Below the pieces are notes generated by a model that had not been told where the DNA came from, searched no databases, and worked only from the letters and a program-made list of their open reading frames with translations. From contig CM119372.1 of assembly GCA_051294905.1 (NCBI GenBank), forward strand, positions 620,001 through 684,000: a DNA stretch of 64,000 nucleotides. Reading direction: 5' to 3'. The stretch is from Botryllus schlosseri (Eukaryota). The position numbers were made by a program, and so were the translations under genes. Positions 14,537 through 29,500 of this stretch are shown here, piece by piece. Numbering within the stretch: position 1 is the first letter of the stretch; every line of letters starts with the position of its first letter.

Positions 14537-17500
14537 CTGCGAGGGCAAAGATTGTGTTGTTTTGCAATCATGTATCAGGGCTCTCAAACTGAGAGCCAGG
14601 AGGCTTTCTTGGAGGGCCGAAAAAAATTTGAAATAATTTAATATCATCCACTTTTTTGCTAATGACCCACTATATGAGTGAAAACGGGGATGGGCACATC
14701 AACGTACAACTGATACCGTTACTGGGACATAACTTAACTATTTTTTTCAACACTACATTCAATGCAGTATAATTCATTAACTTGAAGAGCCATCATAGTC
14801 CTCATAGTAAGAGTTAACGGCACAATCACGCACCGACATAGAAAGAGAGATTAAAATAATAACCAATGCGACAAAGCATGAAGTACCAATACAATTATAA
14901 AAACAACGCCAGACGAAGTCAGCTGTGGCGGTAAGTATGCGGCTGTCAGAACATACAAAACAATGAGAATCAGTTTATACAGTACACAGTGAGACATTTA
15001 AAAGTTGCATAGCAGCATATCTGAAAATTTGGTAAGTAAGGTCATCACTGACGCCAGACCTATTTAAAGCCGCAACCAAAAACGAAGGGTGGCCAAAAAC
15101 TTGTTGTCTACCCAAGAAAACTGTAAATTTGTATATTGATAACCATCACTTCGTCACACAAGTCAATAATGAGGTCAAATATTAGAAATATGGACGGTAT
15201 GGCAATCGTGACTAATACCATGATATTATTAAAATTGTTACATTATTATATTAATAAATTAAGTTAATATTAATAACAAAGTATGAGGAATAGAGTGCTC
15301 ACTGGTTTGTATTCTCTTCTGCGGGCTCTCTTGACTCTGTTTTCCGTCTTTACCCCTCCCAACCACTGAGAACGAATATGTCCTGCCCGGCTCCAAGCCC
15401 GTCACGATATGTTCTGGCAGGAAGGTCTCCATGGACGTTACAATAGTCCCGGTAATGGGATCTCGTACAATCAACAGGTAAGTCACGGCACCTGATATGA
15501 AAGATAATGTATTTTAATCGAATCAGAGGTGGTTAGCAACCATCGTGCTGTTCAAGAAAAAATAAATTCAATTTTTACTGGCTACTTGATAAAATTGTTA
15601 GGTTACCTAAAAAAATGCTACACACCAATTCTGGATCTATTCCAACCAATAGCAGCATTGCTATATAAGAATAAACTTTTGGATTTCTTCAATAGAATTG
15701 TTTTTCAAATTTTCAAATTTTACCGGCTACCCCATGAAATCGAATTGACCCAAATTCGTTGTAAATCGTTTTTTCAGACAACCCTTATGAGCGAAATGAT
15801 AGAAATTCAGACAATTACTTGTACTTCTACTTAAGTAGCAACTACTTGAGTAGCAACTCACCGATGACGGGTTGCCATTTCAGTTTGACGTTGGTTGTTG
15901 AGATTTCGACGATTTCCAGCTCCGTCGCGGACTCGGGAACTGCATGCAAATGAGAGAGCAGTTAACAACTAGAATATTTCCTGCTTTTTTCAATCACGGT
16001 ATAATTAGAATGATAGCTAAACAGTTTTTTACAAATTAGATTCGAAATAGAATTAATGAACTCGCAAAAAAAACTTACAATCAGACGGAAATACAAGAAA
16101 GTTCAAACCACAAAACCCAAACCCAGGTTGGACAACTAGAAAAGTTCCATCTTTTCAGAATTGCATCATAACTAGAATCACAGCTACTTAGATGACCAAC
16201 ATGTCACACTAATTAGTGTAATTACACAAATAGAATCATCTAATTGTGCAAGTGTACTCACCGGTAGCTACAGTAGCCGCGGCGCTCTTTTGGCTTTGCA
16301 AGCCGTTAGTAGCGACGGCCAGGACACGAATGCTGAATGTTTGGCCGGCGCCTAGTCGAGATAACGTGAAAAAGTTTCTGGTGACATTGTGAACGACTTG
16401 CCTATCGTCGTCATTTTCCACAAACAGACGGTAATGCTTCACGCCTGCGACACGATTTATTTCATCACAGATGTGAAAAAACAGAGTAGTTTGTGGTCAG
16501 CTCACCGTGAACTTTTCCCCAGCGCAATGAAATTGTCGACGTGGTGACCTCTTCCACCTCTAACGATCCTGGTGACGCGGGTACTGTTAACAGTGTAAAA
16601 TATCGGTCGGAATCTGCACATTCCTTAGTCTAATCTAAATTGCATAAGTAAAAGTTGTAAAAGCTTGAATTTTCAAGTCCAAAATTTTCATTGTTAGGTC
16701 ACAAAAATAGGTGAAAAACATTCATTTTTCAGGTCAAAAAATAATTGCCCCATATGCCGTGTCACAATCACCTGTCTGCTGCCTCACAACATTGCTCTCG
16801 TCAAAATTGATGCGACCCTTGCTTCCGACCGAACGCACTCGGAACTCGTACCAAACTCCAGCCGACAGATCTTCAATTCTCATCTGAAACGAATTTTTTT
16901 TAGATTTTTTCCATTTCTATCATTTTGGAAAAAGTTTCAATTCACGCACCACTGTCCCGGTGGTTCTCATGTCTCGGTCTTTTCCGTTTTCGTCACGGAC
17001 AGCCAGCACGTAAGCGACCGCACCTGATAAGAAAGGCAATTTTATGAGACTCTAGGGGTAAAAAAACTCCGATATGCAGATGAAGAAAAAAATTGATATC
17101 GAAATAGACCCGAATATTTTCGGCTGACACTTGTCAGGGGTAATCGTCAGCAACTAGTAGTGAATTGCAAACAACATTGTATATCTTTCCAATTCTCTAC
17201 TAGTTATTGACGATTACCCCTGACGAGTGTCAACCGAAAATACTCATTTCAGCATGAACATATCATTTCATCAAATAAGGAAATTTTTGAAGAGAGAAAA
17301 TGATTCTAACCAGTCGCAGCATCCCACTGCAAGTCGGCAGTTGATTTTGTGACGCCGTTCAGTCTCAAATTTCGCGGTCTGTCGGGGACTGAAATTTGAA
17401 AATAGCGTCTGCGTTAGGAACAATACAGCTCCGGCAAATATTTGGGGCTGGGCAAAATCATTTGAATACTCCAAACTGAATCGTGTATTCATTCACATGA

Positions 17501-20500
17501 ATCGAGTGATTGGAGAGGTTTCTTTTTGAGTATTGAAATTACACGCTCCAGGTTGCTGAGAGTTGATTTGTCAATGAGAATGATATTTTCGAGACTATTT
17601 TGCATTGTGGAACGCTGTAAACTTCGATTGGCCGTGTTGCAGCGTACAAAACTTGTAGTACAAAGCTACAAAAGTTCGTGGAAATGACATTTTTGTGAAG
17701 TTATGACCAACTAATACCCGAATAGGTACGGTAGAAAAAAAATATCTTTAACGTGATGTAGAAAAGACATGATATTATTTGTGGTGATAAAAGGTACATA
17801 TTTGAACTTTTTGCATCATTCATACTGTTGTGACGTAAAAATTAGTGATGCTAGAATACTCAAAACCTCGTCGCAGTATCAAATCTCACTCGATTTTGCC
17901 CAGCCCTACAGATAACGCACTCGTAGATTCCACAATAAATCTCGAAGGTAAACTCTCTCGTCCTCCAGAAGCCACCGAGACGACCGAGATCATGTATTTC
18001 GTCCCTGTAGATAGCTTTTCAACAACATGACGGCTAGACCGCGATTCGTCCGTACGCAGTAAGGTATCGAAAGGTTCCGTCAGTTTGATTTGAATCTTGT
18101 AAAAGGCGGCGCCTGTTTTGAAAGAGACGGATACTTTATGATTTTGAATCAACGGTGGACGGGGTATAAAAACCTTCATTGTCTTCCCAATCGAGTCCGA
18201 TGGTTGTAGTGGTGACGTTCAACACTCGGACACCTTCAGGACGCGCCGGGGCTGTCACAAAAATGCGAATCAGAGCAGAATTCCACATACTACAGTAGGG
18301 TTGTAACCAAGCTGCAAGGTTCCAAGTCGCAAGTCACTCTTAATTTGAAAGTTTTGACTCGAGTCAAGTCAAGTCATTTTCAAGTCATCACCAAGTCGAG
18401 TCCGAGTCATAGTGTTGAGAGTTGAGTCTGCGTCCAAGTCATAGCATTCATTATTTAATTAAACACTTCTGTGAAACTCTTCCGTGATATCGAAGACCTT
18501 GCATTCGCCTCGCATATGACACATTCTATGTAAATTATTCAAGTTTCGTATATTAGGATATTGAAATTGAAAAATTGGTCAAAAAAACGTATTATGTGTT
18601 AGAATAAACAAGTTCAGAGTGAGACAATTGAGTAGATTATGAATCGGACGAAGAGTCTCACAAAAGTCAACTGAACTCGATACTGAACAATAAAACTATG
18701 ACTTGAACTCAGACTCAAGCCTTAACACTATACTTGACTCATCCGTTCAATCCCTGACTTGAACTCGGACTTTTTGACTCGGCGGTGAGTTGAAAATGAC
18801 TCGACTAAAATTCAAATTGCCTTGTGGCGCGGAACCTTGTGATGGCCTCCAACGCAGACTTTGTTATCGACCAACTCTCGTATGAAAAGAATATCTTCTC
18901 ACTTGTCTGGAAATTCAGTTCCGAACTTCCATTAAAGTTGATTTTCTGATTCCGGCCGACGACAAACACCACAACGTCATGCCAAGAACCTGACGGTAGT
19001 CTCTCCAAACTGATGGACGCTTCTGGCGTAGTGAACGACGTCACGACACCATTCGATTGCCGGGTCACGTTGACGATATATCGGAAGGCACCTGAACACA
19101 ATCAGAATCTAAAAAGCTTCTTGGAGGTATAGAACTTTGATATACTATCGAAAAGTATTCACAATCACATTGAAATTAGAATTTGAATTGAGTTGTATTC
19201 ACGCAGACTTGGACAATTAGATATTTCTAGTATAATTTACTTATTACAAAGAAATGTCGGTAACTAATTTTAATCAGATTTGTAAAATGTTTCGGCACAC
19301 ATCTTATTTCTGGGTTTCCAGATAATGCTACAGGAAATGACCGTGCGAAATGAGGCGAGCTTGGAGTACAGACGTTTCTCATTCCCATGCTCATGAGCAG
19401 AAACTCTGATTTGATATGAACTGAGCTCGTTTCTTTTTAATTCATGATTTAATTTAATTTCAAGGTATTTGCGAATTCAGTACTTCCATTACTAATCTAA
19501 TTTAGAAAAAACTGTGTAGCTATCATTTGAAATTAAAATTAAAGTTTTCTAGTCACCGGACTCTGACCCCAGTCCTAACCTTAGCCCCAAAATTAACTCT
19601 AACCTAACCGTGAATTTAACCCCAAACCTAACTTTAACCAACACCTCAAGTGACGCATGCCCAAGTGTGGCATTTTACAAATTAGATAAATAAATGACCG
19701 GCATTTTACTTTACTATACCAGTAGAATGATGCAATTATTCAAGTCTGATTAGGGTCAGTTTTGGATATAAAGGATCACATGCTCAAATCGTTGCAGACC
19801 AGGACCTACCTCGGACAGACGGCCATGCCAGCGTGGCCGTAGATTCCGTAACCATGAGTAACTGTACGGCTTCAACGCGAACCGGCACTGAAACAAAGAA
19901 GATGTCTTCAATCAATAATAATCATTACGATGGCCACACTAGGAAATAACAATCATTGTGTCGGCAGGCACAAAACGGAATAATAATCATTAGGGTGGCC
20001 ACACTTCGTAATAAAAAATCACTAGATTGGTCACAGTAGGAATTAACAATCGTTAGGCTGGGCACAAAATAAAATAGCCCCTTGACCTACATGTCGTCTC
20101 ATTCAGGAAAGACTTCCGAGTGCTCACTCGCCCTTGCTGGTTGACGGTTTCCAGTTCAAAATGGTAACGAGTCGCCGCCACGAGTCCTAGCAGCTGAATC
20201 TCGCGAGACTTGGTTTGGAATTGATATCTGAATAAAAAAATAAAGAAAAATGAATGTACTATCAAGTTTGTACATTCAGTTCGTCGTATATGTTTACTGT
20301 TCTACAAAGACATAGAATGCAGGCTGGGACAGCTACATAATTCTACATGTCTAATCACAGCAAAATTACGATAATCCATTTGTGAAATGCTTCCATGCTA
20401 TCATTTTAATTCTAATCGAATTTTTTGTGTGTTTCTTTCTAATTCGGTGATTCGATGAAAATTTTTGGATTATCCAGATTATCAAGGACAACTAGAATTA

Positions 20501-23500
20501 TCAAAGAAAAACTCAAAAACTCCGCTTCTACGGGTTGGAATTGAGTCAAATTTGTTTTGCATCGTTTTGTAAGAGAGCGTAACAATTTCATGGGGTTGAT
20601 GAAAAAATTTGAAATTTCTTTTTGCATTTTTAGGTAAATTCAAAATTTTCAAACTGTACGAAATCCTCGATTACCAGTTGGAATGAATTCAAATTTGGTG
20701 TGCGTCGTTTTTTAAGGCAACCTAACGATTTAATCACCTAGCCAGCAGGATTCAGGAAAAAAAGGTTTTATCGAACAGCGCTAGTGCATAGAGAATAAAG
20801 GGTTACTCACGAAGCTTCCTCTCCTTTCACAACAACCTCCGAGCGGTCAATTGAAAACTCTTCCAATTTCGAGTACTGCAATCCGTCTTTTTTGTTATCG
20901 CTTTCTCTCTCCCACTCGACCTTGACGTCTTTACCTCGAGCGCGACCGCCGAACGGGTTCAGGATCTCGCTGCCGACGTTCCAACGCATCGTGACGACGT
21001 AGAAGTCCGCGCCTGGCAGTAATTCGATATCGATTTCAATCGCAAATTTAAATTCGGCAGACAAGACATACCGTTCATTTCTTTCCAGCTCATTTTCACG
21101 AAGTCCGTCCCGATCTCGGAGATTTTGACGTTACTCGGACGCTGGCAGACTGGTGAAAATAACACTCATGTTTACTCCGCAGTTGCCCGCAATTAATGCA
21201 TTTATCTTTAATTTGAGACCACATCATATTTAGAGCACGATGCGGCCCTAACTTCATATATTGTCAGCAACTCGCGAGCAAAGGTGGACAACTAGCTTTT
21301 CCAATTAGATTATAACTGCAATGATGGCTATACAGATATTACAATCAGAATTACTGACTTCGCAAAAAAAACAGGAAAATGAATGCAATACTGAAGCAGA
21401 ATGAAATACAACTGCAATCAAGTTCGCTTCATATGAAATCAAAAGCACGAGAGCGGCAAATGGCTGCACTCCAAGCTTGGTTCGTTTACAGTCGTTTTGT
21501 AGCATTTTCAGGAAACGCCAAAATTAAGTTAGAATTCAAATGAGACCATAGAAACATTTCACAAATTACATTAAAATTAGATTGTCTTGATTAGATAATT
21601 AGTAGGGCAAGTTTTTGCGACTTTTGCAACTTTTTTTACAGCTTCAGGCAGCTTCCTAAATACTCTTAGAATATGTAGAATGCTGTTTCAAGCTGTTTGA
21701 AGGAATCTTATAGTGCAACTTTTTGCAACTTTTGTCCATTTTTTTCATGCAATTTTTTGCAAAATTTTGCAACTTTCTCGATTTTTCATGAAATGATTTT
21801 CGATTCTGGTGAAATACACGGCCAAATTCGACAGAAACACCATGAATCAGCACCGAAGTAAGGCTTTTACGGGTATTTCGGGAGCTGAGCCAGAAAATTG
21901 ACCTTTTTTTAGTCAATCTGGGAAGTTGACCGCTTTTTTTTTAGTCAACCAGGCCAAATGTGGTCAAAATGCAACTTCTTCAACTTTTTTCAAAAATAAA
22001 TGCAACTTTCCACTGATTTAACTGCAACAAAAACTTGCCCTAATAATTAGTCTAATTAGACGCCTAGAATTATCTAGTTGTCAAAGTCTGCTCGTGAGAT
22101 ATCACTCACTTGACTTTTAAATCAAACTTTGCTGAGCAATAAAGGTAAAAAATAAAATGCGCAGAATGTTCATCGGACTTACTCGTTTGTACGCGCATAA
22201 TATCACTGGTGATACCGTTGCCTCGATTTTTCCTGTCTTTGGATTGTACGTTGACTTTGTACCATTTGCCTGGTTCTGCGTTGCGCGTAACCCATTCCGG
22301 CCTCTGTGTCTCGTAGAACGCCGGCCGGCCGATTTCAGGAGTGATTTCAACCACGTAGGAAGAAGCTCCTGCAGTAAAGTGACGCTGGAGGTTAAAAGAT
22401 GTAGGATTTTTAGAAGTTGATTTTGTTCAATTTTCACCTTCGACTTCGTTCCAACTGACTTTGAACAAACTGGTTTCGACGTCGTCGATTACAAGAGACT
22501 TGGGAGTGGCTGGGACTGAAAGCAAGGTCTCGGTTAATTTATCTTCATCCATTTAGGCTTGATGCGGAGCAATCAAAGGCCATAAATTCTGCCATCATTT
22601 GTTGGATAATCCCGCATGCGCGAAAAATTATTGAGACGACAGATTTAGCATCGTTGGGAGGGGCCGTTCATACTTTCATCTGTGTGCCTTGGAGTCTACT
22701 GTTATCAAAACACATCAGCCAAGGCCATGTCAACAAAAGGAGTTTGTGTACCACCTAAAAATAGTACATTAAACGCTCTCTCATTTGAAATTTCCTGCTG
22801 GTGACGTCATATTTCGTGTTACGATTGTTGATATACAATGTTCTTTCCAATTCTCTACTAGTTGCTGACGATTAACCCTGACGAGTGTCAGCCGAAAATA
22901 TTCGGGTTCATTTCAATATGAATATACATTATATACTATTGAATTGTATACTGCAGTTCTGCACCTCAAAAAAGCTCTTATATCACTGTGTAACACACAT
23001 CTATAGGAATGAAATAGTATAATGATTCTTCAAATACGGTATTCAAACCATTCACTCACTCGTGTTCTCAGCAAGGGGTAAACTGACCGCCGATTGTCTG
23101 CCAGAAGCCCCAACGGATTGCACTGTGATGATATAATCAGTTCCGGGCAACAATTTGGAAAAAATGATTTCCGTCTCGTCAGACTCGATGACTTTCTTGC
23201 TGCCGGAGACCTTTCTTTCCTCGTACGAAGCTCGGTACGATGCGGCTCCTGTAACAAATCCCAACATTTACGGTGACTGTGAGACGACTCAGAATCCATG
23301 ACACGCATCGCATTACCTGGAGTGGTGTCCCAAATAACAGAAATGAAATCCATTCCGACATTTTTCACTCGAAAATTGGCAGGAGTCATGGGTACTGTGG
23401 GTAGAAATTGACATTAAGATGTTAATATATAGATAGGTTATCATTTGTCACATCAAGAAACAATGAAAAAACAAAATGGCAATAATATAGATTGGGATTC

Positions 23501-26500
23501 GGTCGCCAGACAAAAGAATACCTGATGCAAACTACAGTCGATTATAAAGAAATATATATTAAACCCACACACATACACATAGAGCAACGATTTAGAATAT
23601 AGATGCTAAGAAAATGACGTAATATGGTATTGTGTTTAGAAAATGATGTAGAAAAAACTTAATAGCATATAGCAATCAATCAATATTAATGAATCATACT
23701 TAATTTCAGGAATTGCAAAGTAACCGAATCTCCCCGGAAATTTGCCATAATATTAAATTAGACTGAATATATAATAGATGGATGGAAAAATAATATTAAC
23801 ATTGAGTAGCAAAATTTGTACAGCACCTGTCTGTTCTTTGCGGCTTTTACTCTTTGCGCTTTCAAGGCCACCGGCGCCGATGGACGCCACCCAGAATTGA
23901 AACCATGTTCCCGAAGACAATTCGCGAATCGACATCTGACAAATTTATGACAAACTCAGCTACTGCAACCACATCTTATCCAAATACCGAGTATCGTAGC
24001 ATCATAGTGGCGTTACCAAGCGTATTTTGGGTAAATGAAGTCGTCGTTTTGCTTCATATGTTACGACAATCTCATCACTGTGTAATGTGTAGCGAGTAGT
24101 TCTAGTTCTAGTTGCGACTTTTGAAACGTTAGCAGTTCTAATTCCAGTTTTAGTTGCAACCTTTTCTTCTGATGTTTCCTGCTTCGTAACCGTTTCTTCT
24201 TCGAGGCCTCCATAGTAGACAGCGTACTTGACCGCGCCTGAACATTCAGAAGGTTTTGACTTTATCTCTAATACCAGTCAGCGTTAAAGATTACCTGCAA
24301 CTTTTTCCCATGCGATGATAACAGTGGAGTTTGTGACTTTGCTCACGACAGGTTGAGACGGCACCTCGGTCTCTGAAAATGAAAAAAAGCTATTCCTTCC
24401 AGCACACAAGTGTGAAATCAGACACGAACTTGTGCTCTTTACGACGGCTTGAGCATTTTCGCTGGTCCGGTCCGAGGTCACTGCGGCCACGGTGAAAGAG
24501 TAAACGGTCCCGGGCTTCAGAGATGACATGGTGGCTTCCGTCCCGTTGAACATTTTTACGTCAGGAGTCGAGCTTTCGTGACCAAAGGTTACCCGGTATG
24601 ACGAAGCCCCTGATTAACGAGAGATCGCATCAAAGATGGTGGACGGTGGTGTAGTGTCACATCACATCTTTTTTACATAAGTTGACTCGAGTCATGATTT
24701 GACTTGAGTCAACTTTTCATATGAGTTGACTCGAGTCAACCTTTCCACATGTCACGAGTCACTTTTCATATGACTTGACTTGGCTTGAGTCAACTTTTCC
24801 ACATTAGTTGACTCGAGTCATGATTTGACTTGAGCCAACGTTTTATACGCCTTGACTCGGGTCAAATATTTCCAAATGACTTGACTCGAGTCAACTTTTT
24901 TGTATCTTGACTTGACTCGAGTCATGATTTGACTTCATTCAATTTTTCATATGACTAGACTTGAGTCAACTTTTGTACATGAATTGACTCGAGTCAACTA
25001 TTTCATGACTTGACTTGAATCACTTTGAAAAAATGATGGGAACTGATTCGATGTTTTAAAAATGCAGATCGAGTCGTGACTCAAATTTCTTCGAGTCAAT
25101 TTTTCCTTCACACAAGCACATCTGTCTCGAAAGCCGAGAAGCAACTCACCTGTTACGGCGTCCCATGTCAAACTAACGGATGAAGTTGTCTCTTCCAGAG
25201 ATCTCAAGTTTTTCGGAGCGGCGGGAACAGTTTGAATTCGGATGATTTCACTTTTTTCTTTGTTTATTTGATCTTCGACCCCGACCGACAATAAATAAAA
25301 CTCAAACCAACGACCCGGAGCCAGATCGCTGAACGTGACTTCGGTTTGGGTCGAATTTTTCACGACCGATTCTTCTTTGCCATCCTCCTTCATGACGACA
25401 GAGTAGAAAACCGACCCTGTAATGGTAGACACAGTTCTCTGAACCAGATTTGGACAATTATAATGAAATATTCAGCTTTTCCAAATCAGATCAGAATTAC
25501 ATTAATTGAATTCACTAAATCCTGAAAATCTAATTCAATTGCAAATCAGAAAGAAATACAATCGGGTACACCGAGCTTGCCTCGTTTCATAGGATAACGT
25601 TCTTCTATAGCATGTTCATAAAGCCCTGAAATGAGACCAGAATGGAGCATGGAAACATTTCACGAATCAGGATGAGAATTAGAATTATAACTAAACATTT
25701 TTTTTACAAATCGGACTAAAATTTGAGTGATAGCTACAGATTTTTTCCAAATTTGATTAGAATCAGAATTACTGAATTCTGTGAATCAGAGAGAAATACA
25801 ACAATATCAAATTCAGTTCACATCGAAACAGAGATGATTCTCATAGATAAGAGAATGGCAAATGTCTGTACAGCAAGCTTGGCTGGTTTCCAACGGTACC
25901 GTTCTCCTGTAGCGTTTTCATGAAACCCAGAAAATGGATTTGAATTACATTGAGAGCATGAAAGAATTTCACAAATTAGATTAGAATTAGATTACAGGCA
26001 GACAACTAGACACCTAAAACTATCTATCACCTTGAACAGGCCGCCAAGCCAGCTGTACGCTGCTGTTTGTGACAGACACGAGTTGAGGGGCCCCCGGGGT
26101 CTCCGGCACAGTTGCGACCACGATAGGCTCGGAGAATCGCGACTCGATGAAATTTGAACCGACGCTTGCGACTCTGACCCTGTGTCGACTGCCGGCGTTC
26201 AGTCGGTTGACTTTGTAACTCGTTCGGAAAGACATGAATTTGCGAGGCTTAGCTTTGGTGTCATCGACGTACTCCAGTTCCACAGAATAATACAATGCTC
26301 CTGCAAAGGTGACAATTCCATTATTCGATTGAATAATACATTCATATTGAAATTAACGCGAATAGCTTCGGCCGACACTTTTCAGAGGTGATCATCAGCA
26401 ACAAGTACAGAAATCAAAAGAAGATTGTACGTCAAAAATCATTTCATCAAATACGATGTCACGGCATGTAGTTCTGAATAATCAAGGCGAATAGATTGCT

Positions 26501-29500
26501 ATTAAAAACTCAATGTACTATTTTTATATGATGCACAAACTCGTGTGTATTTCAATATGAATATATCATTCAATTGTCACAGAGGGCTGTGCTGTGGCCA
26601 TGGTTATGAACAAGGATATTATATTTGATGATCATGAGCTGGCATTGTTGTCTTTTCTGCACCGCACTTCCGTATTTCCATGGTTTTGCACAAAAGGTAC
26701 GCATTTCAATTGTCTTATTATAAGTCACGTCACAATGCCCAGCCCTAACTATGGCACCCCCATGTGAGTTGGGTTAAGTCTATTGTTAACAAAATTCATC
26801 GATTGAAACCAGAAGACTGCGATGCAAAGAAAAGATAGGAAGGTGTCGAAACGACTTGGAGTTGTCTTTGAAATTTGACACCCGTATGGGCCTAGGCAAT
26901 GCAAAAGAGAAGCGTGTACACTAGATGGAAAGTAAGAGATGACGATAACATAAAAGGACAACGACAAAATGGGGGGGCATATCAGACGGTGAGGTTAATG
27001 TATGATATCGTGGTTCGGTAATCTAGAGCGCTGACTAGTGTTCGTTCAGTAGATGCTACTTGCATTTCGACTTGAAAGTATATCTGTATATGCACTTTAT
27101 AACTACATACCTTTCATCTTCTCCCAAGCTACGGTAATCTGGTCCGTCGTGACACCTTCCTTCCATACCCTGTTTGGTGGCGACGTGAGAGTCTGCTCTC
27201 TCGTTTTTCGGCTTTCGTAAAAATTGACGCGACCGTTGACGCCAACCGACATCACCGTGAATTCGTATCGCGTTCCGGCGTCCAAACCGTCAATTTCAAC
27301 GCGAGTTCCGTTGCTCGGCACTTGCTTTTCGAAATCAGTTGAACGTGCGACCGCGATGTAGCTTAGAGCACCTGACATGGTAATGCAGCGAAGATTAGAC
27401 ACGGTAATGAGAGTAGAATGATATATTGATACTGAAATAAATCCTAACATTCACGACTGACACTCGTCAGGGGTAATCGTCAGCAACTAGCAGAGAATTG
27501 GAAAGAACTTTGTACATCAACAACCGTACCACCAAATATGACGTACCCAGCATGAAAATATGAATCATCGAGGAAAACACAGCTTAAGCAAAATGTACAA
27601 AGAATATTTCGAATAATTTCATATATAGTACGTTTGTTGATATACAAAATTCTTTTGAATTCTCTTCAAGTTGCTGACGATTACCCCTGACGAGTGTCAC
27701 CAACAATATTCGGGTTTGTTTCAATATGAATATACTATTTAATTGTAATTGAAATTGTTTGTTGCATGATAAAATTCTTTTTATGTATTTGGATTCGGCT
27801 AGGGAGTCAGAGAACTATAGCCTCATCCACCTCAAGGGGTAGACAATTATTTTCCCATACGCGTCAAATGAAAAAAAACATAGGTTGTCGGGCCGGGCCA
27901 TCACTTCAAATTAGGCCTATATTCCGTGGCGTAATTCATTTCAAACTATAAAAAAGTGAGTAAAACTGTTACCACAAGCTGCTGAGAGGATGTGTTAAAA
28001 TTGGGCAATGAGAAAGTGCAGTTTAATTTACAAAAAATAATATTTACTCATTCAGTGTCATTATTCAAAACAATGCAAAACATGAAACATTCTTCACTCA
28101 TTTCAATCACATTCACCCCCTGACGCCCAGAGCCCTTTTTTCTGTTAAGATACGAAATGTATTTGGGATAGTACAAAGCTGGTCTTCGAGCGGTGTGTAG
28201 CTTGGCATTTAGCCTTGTTGTTTTGAGAGCTTCAGTGGCAGATTCTCTGAAATCTGCGCTTTCTCGGTCTCAGCCGACGAGTCTGTATTTCACTGCGTTT
28301 TTCTCATAAATATATTCCTCAACACGGTACCGGTACTCAGTCTATGTTTTTAGTTCACGCATTAGTATTCAAAGGTAGACTTTGTTTTATAAACTCCAGG
28401 CTACCTTTCGTGGGCCGGTCAGAATAGCGTTGGGGGCCGCACTTTGCCCAAGTCTGACCTACTATTTCACTGCTAAACTGGGGAATATTGATCTGCATGT
28501 ATTTCCTGATGCTTACAGGTGTCCAGATACAGCCTTTGTAGTTTATTCCATGTCTAAACATAACAATGACTGTAATGCTGTTTGAAAATTTGTGTAAAGC
28601 AAGATGCTATATCTTTTTTATGTCAGCGTTATCAGTTATGCATAGACTCAAAAATCCGATATCGGTCAGGCTCTAGAAATTAGAATCCGCACAAGAGCTG
28701 TCACCTTTTGCCAAACTCCACGAGAGCGTGACATTCGTCGATCCGACCAGCAAAACGAGTGGCGCTTTTGGGGTTGCCGGCACTGAAATGGAAAATTGTT
28801 GACCAACAGATTACAAAATTTGCAATGTTTGCAGACTGTTTCTCACAAGTCCCGTCGATCAGAACACCCGGGTCGCTTTTGCTCCCGCTTTGGCCGACAG
28901 AGAAAATGCTAAATTCGTAGAGCAGTCCGGCGGTCAGGTTCGAAATGATTTTATTGGTGGGAATGCCGGCGGTCACTTCGCCTTCGACCAATCCCGCGCC
29001 CTCTTTGATCGACCGATAACGGATTATGTACGATATGGCTCCTGCGAAATTTAAACGTACAAATGAAACAGCTGGTTTGCGGTTCATAACTTGAAGATTG
29101 CCTTCATTACAACATCCATTGCTACAATACATTTAATATGACTCAACTCTTTTGGGATGACTCATATAAAGTTTTATCGCAGGGGTTCCTAAACTGGGGT
29201 GCGCGAAATAGTTTTTTTGAAATATGTCATCAGGAGACTACAAAACCAGATTATCCTTTTAGAATAATGTCGTCAGTTGGACGGTGACTACCTGGCACGG
29301 AATAGCATAAATAAAGTGTAGCTTGATGTAAGGAACTTTTTTAGTCAACAGGTGTCTATTTGAACATCAAATAGCCCAAAGCGCAGACTTGATTTTTGAT
29401 TGATTTTTGAAATTTTGGAAGCGCACGCAAACATCCACAACGGGGTCCGCGATCAATAAGGTTTAAGAACCCCTGTGCTAGAGGCAGGCCTTTGGAACCG

